IMG/VR virus record: IMGVR_UViG_3300029288_005873
Location: 64,001-128,000 of that record
Direction: 5' to 3' (one strand)
DNA: 64,000 bases
From: a virus
Taxonomy: Duplodnaviria > Caudoviricetes
Below, piece after piece: positions 1-9,807 of this stretch; the first letter of the stretch is position 1; each line of letters opens with the position of its first letter. Position numbers and translations under genes: made by a program. The notes beneath the pieces are model-generated. The model worked only from the letters and a program-made list of their open reading frames with translations, was not told where the DNA came from and searched no databases.

Positions 1-168
1 TCAGCACAATTTTCACAGCCGTGACCAGAACAAGAAGTGCGCCTAAAACGACCATCGTCATTGACCCAATGGACTTCACTATCTCCTAACCTAGCAAAAA
101 CCCTAACTGTCTTTGACGAACTCCTACCAATCGTAAGCCGTTTTATATCATTCATAATCTTCCCCTTA

Positions 169-242
169 TACCCCTGGTAGGATTTGAACCTACAATTTCT
201 CGGTTCGTAGCCGAATGTCCTGATCCGTTAGACGACAGGGGC
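169..242 (-). tRNA. tRNA-Arg(ACG)
   Basis: Cloverleaf GCCCCTG...CAGGGGT-A; anticodon arm TTCGG CT-ACG-AA CCGAG; T-arm GTAGG TTCAAAT CCTAC. Confidence 0.92.
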
Positions 243-251
243 GTACAACTA

Positions 252-818
252 TTATCTTTTCCCAATTAACCAGTCTATCTGTTCATCGGTGATACTTACG
301 CCAGTAGAAACTTCAAAAATATCAAAACAACCCCAAGCCAACGAATTGAAGAAAAGGCTCTGAGCCTCTCCGTGCTTTAATTCGCTTTCCTCATCTAGCC
401 AGCTGAAAATATCCTGAAAAGAATGCGCACTTCGTTGAAGACTCTTAACTACTCCATAGCCAATTGCTGAGTACCATTCTTTTATGAGCCTTTTTTGTTT
501 CGGATTCAATTCATTCTTGCGCATCCGTAGGAGCGTCACTTTTGCTGGTTTCTTCCACTCTTCTCCAAACTCATGCCATGAACCATTTGGTAGCTCGATC
601 CCAACTGATCCCTCACCAAACATTGAAGCAGCAATATCGAGAGCTTCAGAAAGAGTGCCGCATTCAGCGTCTGGCTTTCTACACCCTTGCCCTTGTGTCA
701 TCCAAACTTTGTACGTTGGCTCTGTAATCTCAGTAAACATATGATTACTAAAACCTGAATGCTTGGACAGCTCATCACCGCAAAAGCACATTGGATCGTC
801 TTTCTCGCTCATTTCCAC
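252..818 (-). CDS. hypothetical phage protein
   Basis: 188-aa ORF on the dominant coding strand. Confidence 0.6.
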   Translation of the reverse strand: MEMSEKDDPMCFCGDELSKHSGFSNHMFTEITEPTYKVWMTQGQGCRKPDAECGTLSEALDIAASMFGEGSVGIELPNGSWHEFGEEWKKPAKVTLLRMRKNELNPKQKRLIKEWYSAIGYGVVKSLQRSAHSFQDIFSWLDEESELKHGEAQSLFFNSLAWGCFDIFEVSTGVSITDEQIDWLIGKR

Positions 819-1207
819 TCCACGGCAAAAGCCTTGCCAAATAGCACAGCCAAGGCATCAGTGATGCGTCCAAAAATATCCTTTAACCAAGGTCCTGGCA
901 AAGGCTTAGATATGTACCACTCATAGTTTCCATTACATCCCCAGTTGTTCAATACAATATCAATATCACTCTTGCGTCTCAACATATTCTACCTATTTGC
1001 GAAAACTATCCCAATCAGGGCAACCCGACCAGAGTTTTATCAGCGTACGTTGATGACCATTTGGACCGAGTTTTTTAAGATTACCATGAATGTCATATTC
1101 CTTCTCAATTCCACGCTCCTGCTCAGAGGAACAGTTTTCCCCCTTAAATTCCTGTGTAAAAACTTCACCATTGTCATCAACAATAGTTATATGTATCAAC
1201 ACTTTCA

Positions 1208-2075
1208 TTATTCGACCTCCGTCAAAGTTTTCACGAACATCTCGTGATCATAACCCACTATGATTAACGTCCCAGATCCTGGCTTTAGCCTACTTCCCCA
1301 TTGTCCAACTTTACGAAATAGTTCAACTTCTGCCCATTCACCAATCTCTGGAGCCAGCGCACAACAAGCTGCTAATGGATCATGGAACTTCTTTCCGCCA
1401 GGATGCTTAGCTAAATATGCCTCGGTTCCCCTATGAATAAGCTCCATATGCGGTGCCTTAGCCAGGCCAATTCTAGCACTTAAACCCTTGTCGCAGAAAA
1501 CACCGTGGCAAACATTCTTAGATACAAACCTACGATGTCCAATTCCCTCATATTCAAGAGCCCGTAAAGCCGCCTTTGGATCACCATTTAGATTGTAAGT
1601 TGGACAGATTTCCTTACCTCGGAACTTCTCTAGTTGCTTTTCCGTTGGTACAACACCCTCACCAGCAAATCCGCCCTGTGCCACCCATCGACCAACTTTG
1701 AACCCCAGATCCATCGCAACACCAACATTCCTCAGCGGCGCACCAGTTACCAAAGTAGTATTCTCATCACAACATCGCCTAAGTACGAAACCTCCACGAT
1801 CATCTGGATCCTTGGGCGGAATTTGCCCGTAAACCTCGTAATGCCACTGTGAGACACAGTTCTTATCTCGTGTGGGATCGAAAAGCTCCAACTGGAATAT
1901 ACCGCCCAGGAGCTAACTGTTGACATGCCCATCTTACAAAACCTACTTGTTCTCTTGTACCCGGTGTCACTGTCACAGCCTTTAGATTAGACCTAGGATG
2001 TCCAAGCAGTAGTAGAAGCGTCAGGAAATCGTCAGGATCGCCTGTCTCCATATCCAGAACAATATCAATTTTCAT
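1208..2075 (-). pseudogene. nucleoside hydrolase (IU-NH family), split by a +1 frameshift near 1881-1884
   Basis: N-part has DMETGDPDD motif; C-part has YNLNGDP and FHDPLAA motifs; removing one T from GCT TTT CGA joins IPVGAF-DPTRDK in frame. Confidence 0.8.
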
Positions 2076-2470
2076 TCATCCTCCGGAAATGGATCATCAC
2101 CATCCCAAGGCTCCAATTGTGCGTCAAAAAGATTCACTTTCAAAACCCCTGGACGCGATAGAAGCCATTTCTCAAAATCTTCACGCCTAAAACCAAACCC
2201 GTTACGGTCATGTAGAACGACGCCGTGAATATACATACCAGTCATCTCCGTGACTGATTGTCCGTTCCTCTGGGCTCTGTCTTTCTTCTCATTAGCAATT
2301 AAGTCAGCACTGTGTCTAAAAGTATTGATTTTAATGTTAATGTCTGAAATGGACTTCCTTAGGTTATCAATTTCTTGCTTAGAATGCTGTTCTTCTTCAT
2401 TCAATTCCTCGTCGGACATTTCTCTGATTTCATCAATAAAATTTTGATCTATTTTCGAAATTATTACCAT
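2072..2470 (-). CDS. hypothetical coiled-coil protein
   Basis: 132-aa ORF, overlaps next start codon. Confidence 0.6.
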   Translation of the reverse strand: MVIISKIDQNFIDEIREMSDEELNEEEQHSKQEIDNLRKSISDINIKINTFRHSADLIANEKKDRAQRNGQSVTEMTGMYIHGVVLHDRNGFGFRREDFEKWLLSRPGVLKVNLFDAQLEPWDGDDPFPEDE

Positions 2471-2491
2471 CTTCTTTTACAACGCTGCGCT

Positions 2492-2899
2492 TTACTTTTG
2501 CTTTCTCCATGGTCGCTCCATATCGCACTTGTCACACAAAGTAAACAACCATCCGGTATTGCGCAATTTGCCTGGCTGTCCGCAGTATTCACACGTAATG
2601 GTGCTGACCTTTTCTGCTTCACCAATAAGCTTATCCATCTCGTCGGTCTCAGCTGTCATGTAAAAGCGTAAAGTTCCATACTTTTCCTTAACTTGCGCAG
2701 CTTTATATTTTGTCCGCTCCGCCTCTGGTAAAGAGGAAATTATAGCCTCAAGCTTCAGAGATAGATCCCATATTATCGGAAACCAGCCCTTCATACAATC
2801 AAACCCCCAAGCCATACAACTTTCCATTATGGAGAGGTTTCTATCAGCATATAGGTTTGGGCATTTTTGGCACAACTGTTCGTCAAGTTCCTTGTCCAT
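2492..2899 (-). CDS. conserved phage hypothetical protein (QVKEKYGTLRFY motif, C-terminal CxxC pairs)
   Basis: Recurrent phage motif GW..I...L / QVKEKYG.LRFY / TCExCG. Confidence 0.7.
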   Translation of the reverse strand: MDKELDEQLCQKCPNLYADRNLSIMESCMAWGFDCMKGWFPIIWDLSLKLEAIISSLPEAERTKYKAAQVKEKYGTLRFYMTAETDEMDKLIGEAEKVSTITCEYCGQPGKLRNTGWLFTLCDKCDMERPWRKQK

Positions 2900-3428
2900 G
2901 ATCTATCTCTTTTTTAGCAAACCATTTGTCACCATGTCTTGTGACAATCATCTTCTCAGCAACCCAATCTGGAGGCTCACGTCGTGTCCACACCATCAGA
3001 TGACTCTTGTTTTCAATATAGTATTGCCTATATGTCGCTACCGAATCACCAGCGTGTATATTACCTGTTGCTTCAGCAAATGGCGTCAGACCTATGTCAG
3101 CAATTGCTGGACAAAATAAAGCAAGTTTAGAAATCATTCCATCTGCTTCTAGCTTGTGTGTCTTACCATATCTGTGTCGATATTCGGCACATAAACCATT
3201 AACATGTTTAAGCAACCAATGATAGTTAGATATGGAGGCGACCGTCCATTTCGCACATGGGTGGTGCCGCCACCCCAAACTGCTCCAGATCCCCTCTGGA
3301 ACTAATCCATTAACAGCATGAGCAACACACAATAATTGAACTGACTCCAGAATCATCTTTACCACATGTCGATCAACAAGTGATTTGGCGGAAACTACAG
3401 GATCAAAATCGACAACGAAAATGTTCAC
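2883..3428 (-). CDS. pyrimidine dimer DNA glycosylase / endonuclease V-like protein
   Basis: MNIF..D.DP...A..L.DRHVVKMILES.QLL, HHPC.KW and EY.HRYGK.H motifs. Confidence 0.8.
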   Translation of the reverse strand: MNIFVVDFDPVVSAKSLVDRHVVKMILESVQLLCVAHAVNGLVPEGIWSSLGWRHHPCAKWTVASISNYHWLLKHVNGLCAEYRHRYGKTHKLEADGMISKLALFCPAIADIGLTPFAEATGNIHAGDSVATYRQYYIENKSHLMVWTRREPPDWVAEKMIVTRHGDKWFAKKEIDHGQGT

Positions 3429-3440
3429 ATTATCTCCTTG

Positions 3441-3478
3441 TCCGCCCGCCTGGATTTGAACCAGGAGTCATTCGTTTT
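3441..3478 (-). pseudogene. tRNA 3'-half fragment
   Basis: T-arm CCTGG TTCAAAT CCAGG plus 3' acceptor strand CGGGCGG-A; no matching 5' half adjacent. Confidence 0.55.
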
Positions 3479-3509
3479 ATTATAGGGCAAAGGTATTACC
3501 AATTGATTC

Positions 3510-3962
3510 TCACTTATGCCAATCCTTGCCAAACTTCTTATCCAGTTCCCTAAATTTTTGAGCCGTCTCCGGATCACAAGACGACCATTGATCACATTTA
3601 TTATAGTCTAAAATCGAATTGTTGCTAAGAGAGCATGTACCCATATTACTACGTCTATCGCCTTCCCAATATTTACACGATAAACATTCACCCCAACCCA
3701 GACTATGCCACATACCAGTTGTTGTTCTACAAAGTTCTCCGATAGCTTCTATATATGCCTCTTCTCTCTCAGCTGCTTCACGTTCATCTTTTTCCCAGGT
3801 CACAACAACTTTTCCACCACATCTTTCAAACTCTTCACGATGAGCGCCTTCATGCCCTTTGGGCAATTGGTACCGCATTGTGGCAGAATTGTCGCCAAAA
3901 TCATCAGCTATATAGAAGTGACTGTTACACTCGCCATCGACGTCCTGAGGTTTTCCAAACAT
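3510..3962 (-). CDS. hypothetical Cys/His-rich protein
   Basis: 150-aa ORF with AGGAGG RBS. Confidence 0.65.
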   Translation of the reverse strand: MFGKPQDVDGECNSHFYIADDFGDNSATMRYQLPKGHEGAHREEFERCGGKVVVTWEKDEREAAEREEAYIEAIGELCRTTTGMWHSLGWGECLSCKYWEGDRRSNMGTCSLSNNSILDYNKCDQWSSCDPETAQKFRELDKKFGKDWHK

Positions 3963-3976
3963 GTCACACCTCCTAG

Positions 3977-4049
3977 TGAGCTGTATAGGAGTTGAACCTA
4001 TATTATTCCTCCTTGTAAAAGAGGTACCATTCCGTTAGGTGAACAGCCC
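3977..4049 (-). tRNA. tRNA-Val(TAC)
   Basis: GGGCTGT/ACAGCTC-A acceptor; CCTCT TT-TAC-AA GGAGG anticodon arm; TTCAACT T-loop. Confidence 0.88.
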
Positions 4050-4065
4050 CATATAAAACTACAGC

Positions 4066-4094
4066 GCCTGCCGATCCTATCCTAATCGGCAGGC
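4066..4094. other. 10-bp perfect hairpin between tRNA genes (terminator or processing stem)
   Basis: gcctgccgat-N9-atcggcaggc. Confidence 0.5.
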
Positions 4095-4135
4095 ATCTGC
4101 GGAGAAAAAGGAAGGATAGCCTACTTCCCGCATCG

Positions 4136-4207
4136 TACTCCCAAGGGGAATCGAACCCCTGTTTCCTGAGTGAAAGTCAGGTTGCCTGGCCGCTGGCAGA
4201 TGGGAGC
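4136..4207 (-). tRNA. tRNA-Glu(TTC)
   Basis: GCTCCCA/TGGGAGT-A; CCTGA CT-TTC-AC TCAGG; AGGGG TTCGATT CCCCT. Confidence 0.93.
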
Positions 4208-4211
4208 AGAA

Positions 4212-4330
4212 GCCGCGCTTTGTTTATCCATGCGCGCGACGCACATGGTATGGGCGATTGGCGAGGATCGCCCTTCTGTCCGCCTTTCCAAAACCCTGGC
4301 GACAAGGGTCTCGCGCCTCTGGGGCGCGGA
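4212..4330 (-). ncRNA. candidate structured ncRNA (four GC-rich hairpins) upstream of tRNA-Glu
   Basis: Hairpins CGCGCC/GGCGCG, AGACCCT/AGGGTTT, GGGCGAT/ATCGCCC, CCATGTGCG/CGCGCATGG in an intergenic gap. Confidence 0.4.
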
Positions 4331-4334
4331 AGAG

Positions 4335-4508
4335 TCAATTAACCGAATCGTCCTTTATAACCTGTGCCTTTTCTTGGAATGCTTTCCTGATCGCAGCTTT
4401 CATAACATCCATGGCATCCTGGATACGCATTCTTCCAGAGGCTACCGATTCCCTCAGCTCCTTGGCAAGCTCGCCGAGGTTTGCGTCAAAAACAAATGTC
4501 TTACCCAC
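4335..4508 (-). CDS. small hypothetical protein (57 aa, not in ORF track)
   Basis: AAGGAG RBS, GTG start, MGKTFVFDANLGELAKELRES... Confidence 0.6.
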   Translation of the reverse strand: MGKTFVFDANLGELAKELRESVASGRMRIQDAMDVMKAAIRKAFQEKAQVIKDDSVN

Positions 4509-4759
4509 GGCTTCTCCTTAATCCGAAAAGTTGTAAACATCTATAGCAAGACTTATATCATATATGATTTAAGTCTTGCTCTTTTCATCATTATTAAGAT
4601 TAAAAAGAGTCTCTATACCATTAAGAGCTTCGTTAACCAGGTTTGTACCTTCGCTATTATTAGATTTTATATATTCTTCTTTTAATCGCAACAATGTACG
4701 TTTACATTTTTCCAACGTATTAGTTTTATTGATCTTTTTATTTGCCATAGTCCCTCGCT

Positions 4760-5341
4760 TTAGGTTAACCTAAGAATACCAACAGGAGTTACCTGAAGGC
4801 TCTGCTTTATTCCATCCTTAAGAAATCTTTGGGCGGTTACGGCAATTTGTGCAGCTGTAAGGGCAAACATCGGAAGCTGTTCGCCGTCCTCACATGTTGC
4901 CTGTCCTTCTTTGCCCTCATCATCGAGAACAAAATATTCGTCCCAAACAACCCGACCAAATATTCCATCAGCAGATAGAGCTCCATGGAGGCATGGAATC
5001 TTGTGCTTCCGCACATAGTCTTGTATTGTCCTTCGAGCTTTTGCGTTATCTGTACAGTCTAGGACAAGTGCGGCACCGCCTAGGATGGCATCGGCGTTGT
5101 CTTCTGTAAGTCTATACGGAGTAGCATCAACCTTAGTCCCGAAAAGACCATTTAGAGCTTGCTGAATTGCCTTAGCCTTGTTTTGGCGCAAACCCATTTT
5201 GCTGTGGAATTGCGACTGGACGTTTTTAGTTTCAATATAATCATGGTCAACCACACGCGTAGAGTTTTTCCAGTTGCGCGCCAAAAGCGCCACATGTGAA
5301 CCGAGGGCGCCAACGCCAACAATAACTACCTTGCCTTCCAT
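4760..5341 (-). CDS. E1-like ThiF/MoeB adenylating enzyme (ubiquitin-like system 1)
   Basis: VGVGALGS Rossmann loop, DHDYIETKNVQSQ, DCTDN, candidate catalytic Cys in QATCEDG. Confidence 0.88.
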   Translation of the reverse strand: MEGKVVIVGVGALGSHVALLARNWKNSTRVVDHDYIETKNVQSQFHSKMGLRQNKAKAIQQALNGLFGTKVDATPYRLTEDNADAILGGAALVLDCTDNAKARRTIQDYVRKHKIPCLHGALSADGIFGRVVWDEYFVLDDEGKEGQATCEDGEQLPMFALTAAQIAVTAQRFLKDGIKQSLQVTPVGILRLT

Positions 5342-5350
5342 GATTATTTA

Positions 5351-5617
5351 TTACTTTCTGCCAAAAGGCGTCTTTGGTCGCAGCATAATTCGTCCAGGAA
5401 GCTCAGCTGTTGCCGCGAACCTATCAACTACGAAGTCAGTGAAATCCACATTTTCATTAGCTGGAATTCCAGCCACATAGCCTGTGCGTACGGCCTCGAT
5501 TGCCATCTGCTTGATTACTTCGTCGGACGAATCATACGACACTGGGTCGTTTAGGTCCCCGTTATACCCACCAAATGTAATGTTCAGTCTAGCCATTCTA
5601 GCATTGATCTCTTCCAT
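5351..5617 (-). CDS. ubiquitin-like (beta-grasp) protein, C-terminus ...RPKTPFG-RK
   Basis: 88 aa, between JAB and E1; beta-grasp-like spacing; near-terminal Gly followed by 2 residues. Confidence 0.72.
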   Translation of the reverse strand: MEEINARMARLNITFGGYNGDLNDPVSYDSSDEVIKQMAIEAVRTGYVAGIPANENVDFTDFVVDRFAATAELPGRIMLRPKTPFGRK

Positions 5618-5618
5618 G

Positions 5619-5993
5619 TTATTCCTCCTTTTGCGACAGCCTACGCAGATCGTGGATGTCGTCCGATTTTAAGAACGGTATTCTCCGGTAATCATGTTTT
5701 CCTGGACCGCTCCAAATAAATGTTGCCACTTCACTCATAGTCACAATAGGCCACACAAGCCTTCGTCCAAGTGCGGCTTCGCACGCCGCAAACGTCGTAA
5801 TATCAGTCCCAGATGGGCTTGCGGATCCATTCCAAGGATGCGTATGAGCAACTCCACCCAATCGTTCGCGATTTTCCCACAGGATATCCCACAGATTTCT
5901 AGAATCTGGTATCCAGCCTCCAGATCGACCTGGGGGGAGGTGCCAATGTATGACATTTCCATCCAAATCAAAAACTAAAGCTGTCTCAATCAT
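5619..5993 (-). CDS. JAB/MPN+ metallopeptidase (deubiquitinase-like)
   Basis: N-terminal Glu (MIET) and HTHP-x5-SPSGTD JAMM motif; start moved to ATG at 5993. Confidence 0.88.
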   Translation of the reverse strand: MIETALVFDLDGNVIHWHLPPGRSGGWIPDSRNLWDILWENRERLGGVAHTHPWNGSASPSGTDITTFAACEAALGRRLVWPIVTMSEVATFIWSGPGKHDYRRIPFLKSDDIHDLRRLSQKEE

Positions 5994-5994
5994 A

Positions 5995-6969
5995 TTAATC
6001 ATCCCAATCGTCATCGTCACGATCGCCATCTGCATGTCTGTAGACTACCAATTTACCTGTATTCATGGCCTCTCCCACAACAGCGGGAAGGCTTTCTAGC
6101 GTGAATCGTGCATCGCCTTTTACACCAGTGTGGTGATCGGTTAAACATATTCCTGAGTCGATTACACGTAATGTATCTTTGTCTACCACGCATTCAAGAC
6201 GACGGTTTCGGAATCTATACTGTACGACCATTTCCTTCTTATTACGCGATGGTCTAGCATCAAGTAGTTCGGCACCGCTTAGCCTTAGGGCAGCTTTTGC
6301 TGCCGCACCAAAATCCCTTTGTGCCAATGCGCGCCGTCCGGCTCCAGTTCCAGCATCTTTTAACGCTTGTCTGAACCGTTCTGCCTCAGCCCGTTTTTTC
6401 TCTTCTTCGAGTCTAATGCGTTCCATCTCTCGTTCGCGTTCCTCAGCAAGAATCCTCTGACGCGACACCCAACGAAAAGCTAAATCCAGAGCTGGGGTAA
6501 CTCCAATTACGTGGTCGACAGATCCTCTGCGATCCTGGTAAGCCATCTGTACAGCTGCCTCAGGACCTTGTGGAAACTCCTGCCTTACATATACCAGTCC
6601 TCCGCGTGTATTGGCGGCGACAGCTCTAGCAAATCTGTCAAGACCTGGCTCGACAACGAACACTGGAATGGTCTGGTCAACTAGTTTTTCTGGATCGGGA
6701 TCAATCCTTACATCATCAGGAATTAGCCTATCACCAACAACATATCCCTTGATAAGTTTATGACCATTCTCAAAATCTGGATTTGGATCAGCAGGACCCT
6801 CTAACTCTGCTTTACGACCTCCAGAGATTTTGAAAATGTACCATCCATGTTCATTGGGCAACTTTCCTTCAATCGTTAAAGTGCGCTCCCTATCATGAAT
6901 TTGTCTACCTCCGGTCCATGGAAGTGTTCTTTTGTCGCCTTCTAATGCCAATAAATCCTGCCAACCCAT
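5995..6969 (-). CDS. putative divergent E2-like protein
   Basis: Directly upstream of JAB-Ubl-E1; C-terminal DSGICL resembles the E2 GxICL catalytic-Cys motif; central coiled coil. Confidence 0.5.
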   Translation of the reverse strand: MGWQDLLALEGDKRTLPWTGGRQIHDRERTLTIEGKLPNEHGWYIFKISGGRKAELEGPADPNPDFENGHKLIKGYVVGDRLIPDDVRIDPDPEKLVDQTIPVFVVEPGLDRFARAVAANTRGGLVYVRQEFPQGPEAAVQMAYQDRRGSVDHVIGVTPALDLAFRWVSRQRILAEEREREMERIRLEEEKKRAEAERFRQALKDAGTGAGRRALAQRDFGAAAKAALRLSGAELLDARPSRNKKEMVVQYRFRNRRLECVVDKDTLRVIDSGICLTDHHTGVKGDARFTLESLPAVVGEAMNTGKLVVYRHADGDRDDDDWDD

Positions 6970-6987
6970 ATATTCTCCTAAACAGAT

Positions 6988-7254
6988 TCAACCTGGTAGA
7001 ACTAATTCATCATCTGACGCCACAACACATACAAGATCATATTTCGAAAGCTCACACTTGCTGCCATCGTCAAACACAACTTGGCGTACAGAATCTTTGT
7101 CACATATACTTGTAATTGTCTTGCTTTCTATGACTCTACCAAGCCATCCATATTGCGAATTACCAACAACATCTGTTTCCCAAGCAATCTTGGATCCAAT
7201 ATGTAATAGCAATACTTGTATCATTTTCCCTTGTTTTGGTGAACAATACCTCAT
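6988..7254 (-). CDS. hypothetical protein
   Basis: ATG at 7254 with AGGAG RBS; the longer track ORF runs into the tRNA-like RNA. Confidence 0.55.
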   Translation of the reverse strand: MRYCSPKQGKMIQVLLLHIGSKIAWETDVVGNSQYGWLGRVIESKTITSICDKDSVRQVVFDDGSKCELSKYDLVCVVASDDELVLPG

Positions 7255-7278
7255 TTTTTCTCCTATGGATTTACACCC

Positions 7279-7345
7279 GAGTGCGACTCCGAATCGAACG
7301 AAGATAGTGGGTTCCCCCACTGTTTTGCCATTAAACTATCGCACA
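7279..7345 (-). ncRNA. tRNA-like RNA with a GGAA tetraloop in place of the anticodon loop
   Basis: GTGCGA/TCGCAC acceptor, TA-GTTT AATGGCA AAAC D-arm, AGTGGG-GGAA-CCCACT, CTTCG TTCGATT CGGAG T-arm. Confidence 0.7.
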
Positions 7346-7392
7346 CGTCCCGTTTTACTTGGTGGACAACGCCCAAATCATTGTTTCCTATT

Positions 7393-7680
7393 TCAACGTT
7401 CTATTACGAAAACCTTTCTACGACTTCGCCGTCCACTTCGAATAGAAACATTTGACTTAGGAACACCAAACCACTTTGCAACAAGCTTAATTGCCTCCTT
7501 GTTAGCTTTTCCATCCACGGCTGGAGATGAAACAAATACCTTCAGGCTACCATCATCCTGTTGTACAATCCCACTCCTTGAAGCTTTTGGAGAGACAAGG
7601 ACGCTAACCAGCTGTCCCACTTTTTTAACACAAGCGACAACCTTTTCTCCTTGTTTGATCACAAAACATGAATCAAACAT
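7393..7680 (-). CDS. DUF167/YggU (UPF0235) family protein
   Basis: V.PKASRS, PAVDGKANKE, GVPKSNVSI.SG..SR.K motifs. Confidence 0.85.
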   Translation of the reverse strand: MFDSCFVIKQGEKVVACVKKVGQLVSVLVSPKASRSGIVQQDDGSLKVFVSSPAVDGKANKEAIKLVAKWFGVPKSNVSIRSGRRSRRKVFVIER

Positions 7681-7939
7681 CGCCGCATCCCTTTCTCTTC
7701 TGTTTCTTACAAGCATTAATGAAGGCTGCCCTACCCTCGCCCATTGTATTTAGTAGGGCAGCCATTTTACCACCCCGCTTTACTGCTTCCTCCTTTGTTA
7801 TTTCCTTAATGTTGTTTCCTTTACACCAAGGACATACATCGACCCTGCTTGGATGTGTCCAATGAAGTTTTAGACAATCCTCACATAGGTATGGAGTTGT
7901 ACAAGGTTTATATCCCTCATCTCCCGTGCTCATGCCCAC
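7673..7939 (-). CDS. small zinc-ribbon protein
   Basis: CEDC...CPWC. Confidence 0.6.
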   Translation of the reverse strand: MGMSTGDEGYKPCTTPYLCEDCLKLHWTHPSRVDVCPWCKGNNIKEITKEEAVKRGGKMAALLNTMGEGRAAFINACKKQKRKGCGDV

Positions 7940-9807
7940 ACCGGCTTCTTCAGCAGATCAGTCTTGAGAACCTCCTCAACCAGGGTAACCTTTGTAGCCT
8001 TACGTACTTGAGCCACAATTGGCGTTGTAGCAATCAGATTACGAATCACACGAGTTACAGCATATGGGTCGGCAAAAATGCCTTCCTCAATCGCAAAACA
8101 GGGGATTCCAAGTCTTACTGCGGCATCCCTAACAATCGAGCCACTGCCATACTGCCCGCTTACAACCCTCAGAAGACCGAAAGCCACTGGGTTAATTCCC
8201 GATTCCTGGACAGCCACCAGTAACTGAGCTAATCCAGTATCGAGCTCATCGCCCACAAACAACATAATAGCATCCTCACCATCCTTCGGTCTACGATGAG
8301 CAAGAGCGCGAACACCTTGCGCATAACTTGTTCCACCACCAGCAAAATGTCCCCTAAAAGCCGCCTCAATACCCTTGGCAGATGGATGTTTGATCTGTAC
8401 CTCACCACCCATCGTATTGAAGACGCTAACATGTAGCCTTTCAAGTGGAAATCCAACAAGGAGCTTGGACAAGTACATCTTCGCCTGTTCTATCGCACCC
8501 TGCATAGATCCGGACTTATCCACAATGGCATAAATCCTCAGGTCCTTGGTCACCTCTTCCATAGCTTTCTTGGTAGCTGTGTCGGCAGCATCCTGTAGAG
8601 CTTCCCTTGTCTCCTGAGACTTAACGCGTCGCGCAACATTCGCGGCACGCTGATTCTCAGCAGTCTCAGTTGCCCTCTTCCAGCGGTCGGATACATCCTT
8701 CACCTTAAGAAGCCCAAGCTCTTCTAAAGTTGGTGTAAGGATAATCATATCCGTATTGGAAACGGACCCCGCTTCAATAGCTGCTGCCATAACAGCTCTG
8801 GTAAGACCTACTTCGGACGGAAGCAAACCAACAATACGCTTATAGTTTGGCTTTGTCTCCACAATGCGTTCACAGATTTGCCTTTCGGTCAGACCCTTCC
8901 AACTTTCCGCTTTCTTGACCTCAGCGCCGATGGCAATCTCCCTCCGACCATCTTCGGCCTGCTTCTGCTTCCAGCGCAGGATTTCGAAGAACTTCGGCGA
9001 AGAAGGCTTGTATCCCACCCTTCGAGCAAGCTCCATTACGGATGTACGAAAACCTGCCTTGACAAGACCCTCAAGCATCTTAGGGTTGTCTTCACGATAA
9101 CGCAGATACTTCTCAACTACTTTGGTATACCTACCCTTAGCTGGAGTGCGGGCTGATTTGCCAAAACCAAGTTCGCGATTAATCGCAGCCACGCCTGGAA
9201 GAGCAAGGATATCGCCAATCCTAAGAAGCAACTTCGGATCAATGTCATCCTTGGCTCGAATGAGACACATGGCCTCACCGACGTCCCTGTAGTCCTCATC
9301 ATGGAAAAGGACCTTGCCATCTTCCATAATAGGTTCTCCGCATCTGCCCTGAACAAGCATGAAAGCCGCAAGCACAACCTTCATATCGCGATGTTCCTTA
9401 GAAAATGCCCAGGATGCCCACCTTGCGGCAAACTCATTATCCAGTTTATAAACATCAGCAACCTGCCTGTACATCCAAGTCGCAACCTCCGGAAAAAGAC
9501 CAGGCTTTCTGTACTCAGCAACCTGCCTAGCGCCATCCATAATAGCATTGCCGTTTAGGATGCCAAGGCGAATCCTTCTTTGCTTGTTGCCGACCTTCTC
9601 AAGCCTGTAAACGACCTTCTGACCGCCTTCCTCCTTCCAAGTTACGGGTTCCCAACGCACGCCGGTCTTGGCGTTCCTGTCCACAAATAGAGCACCTGGT
9701 CTACCATGATATAGATGATCAAGATAACCTGTAAGAGTCTGAATAATTTTTTCAGCTGGACCGAGAGCTTCAATACGTTGCCTATCTGCTTGCTGATTAA
9801 CTACCAT
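7930..9807 (-). CDS. TROVE/Ro60-like helical domain plus vWA (MIDAS) protein
   Basis: C-terminal vWA (IVDKSGSM, GGTS, FVGDE) is clear; long helical N-domain has ELARRVGYKP and MIILTPTLEELGLL segments resembling TROVE motifs (TROVE call is inference). Confidence 0.6.
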   Translation of the reverse strand: MVVNQQADRQRIEALGPAEKIIQTLTGYLDHLYHGRPGALFVDRNAKTGVRWEPVTWKEEGGQKVVYRLEKVGNKQRRIRLGILNGNAIMDGARQVAEYRKPGLFPEVATWMYRQVADVYKLDNEFAARWASWAFSKEHRDMKVVLAAFMLVQGRCGEPIMEDGKVLFHDEDYRDVGEAMCLIRAKDDIDPKLLLRIGDILALPGVAAINRELGFGKSARTPAKGRYTKVVEKYLRYREDNPKMLEGLVKAGFRTSVMELARRVGYKPSSPKFFEILRWKQKQAEDGRREIAIGAEVKKAESWKGLTERQICERIVETKPNYKRIVGLLPSEVGLTRAVMAAAIEAGSVSNTDMIILTPTLEELGLLKVKDVSDRWKRATETAENQRAANVARRVKSQETREALQDAADTATKKAMEEVTKDLRIYAIVDKSGSMQGAIEQAKMYLSKLLVGFPLERLHVSVFNTMGGEVQIKHPSAKGIEAAFRGHFAGGGTSYAQGVRALAHRRPKDGEDAIMLFVGDELDTGLAQLLVAVQESGINPVAFGLLRVVSGQYGSGSIVRDAAVRLGIPCFAIEEGIFADPYAVTRVIRNLIATTPIVAQVRKATKVTLVEEVLKTDLLKKPVWA

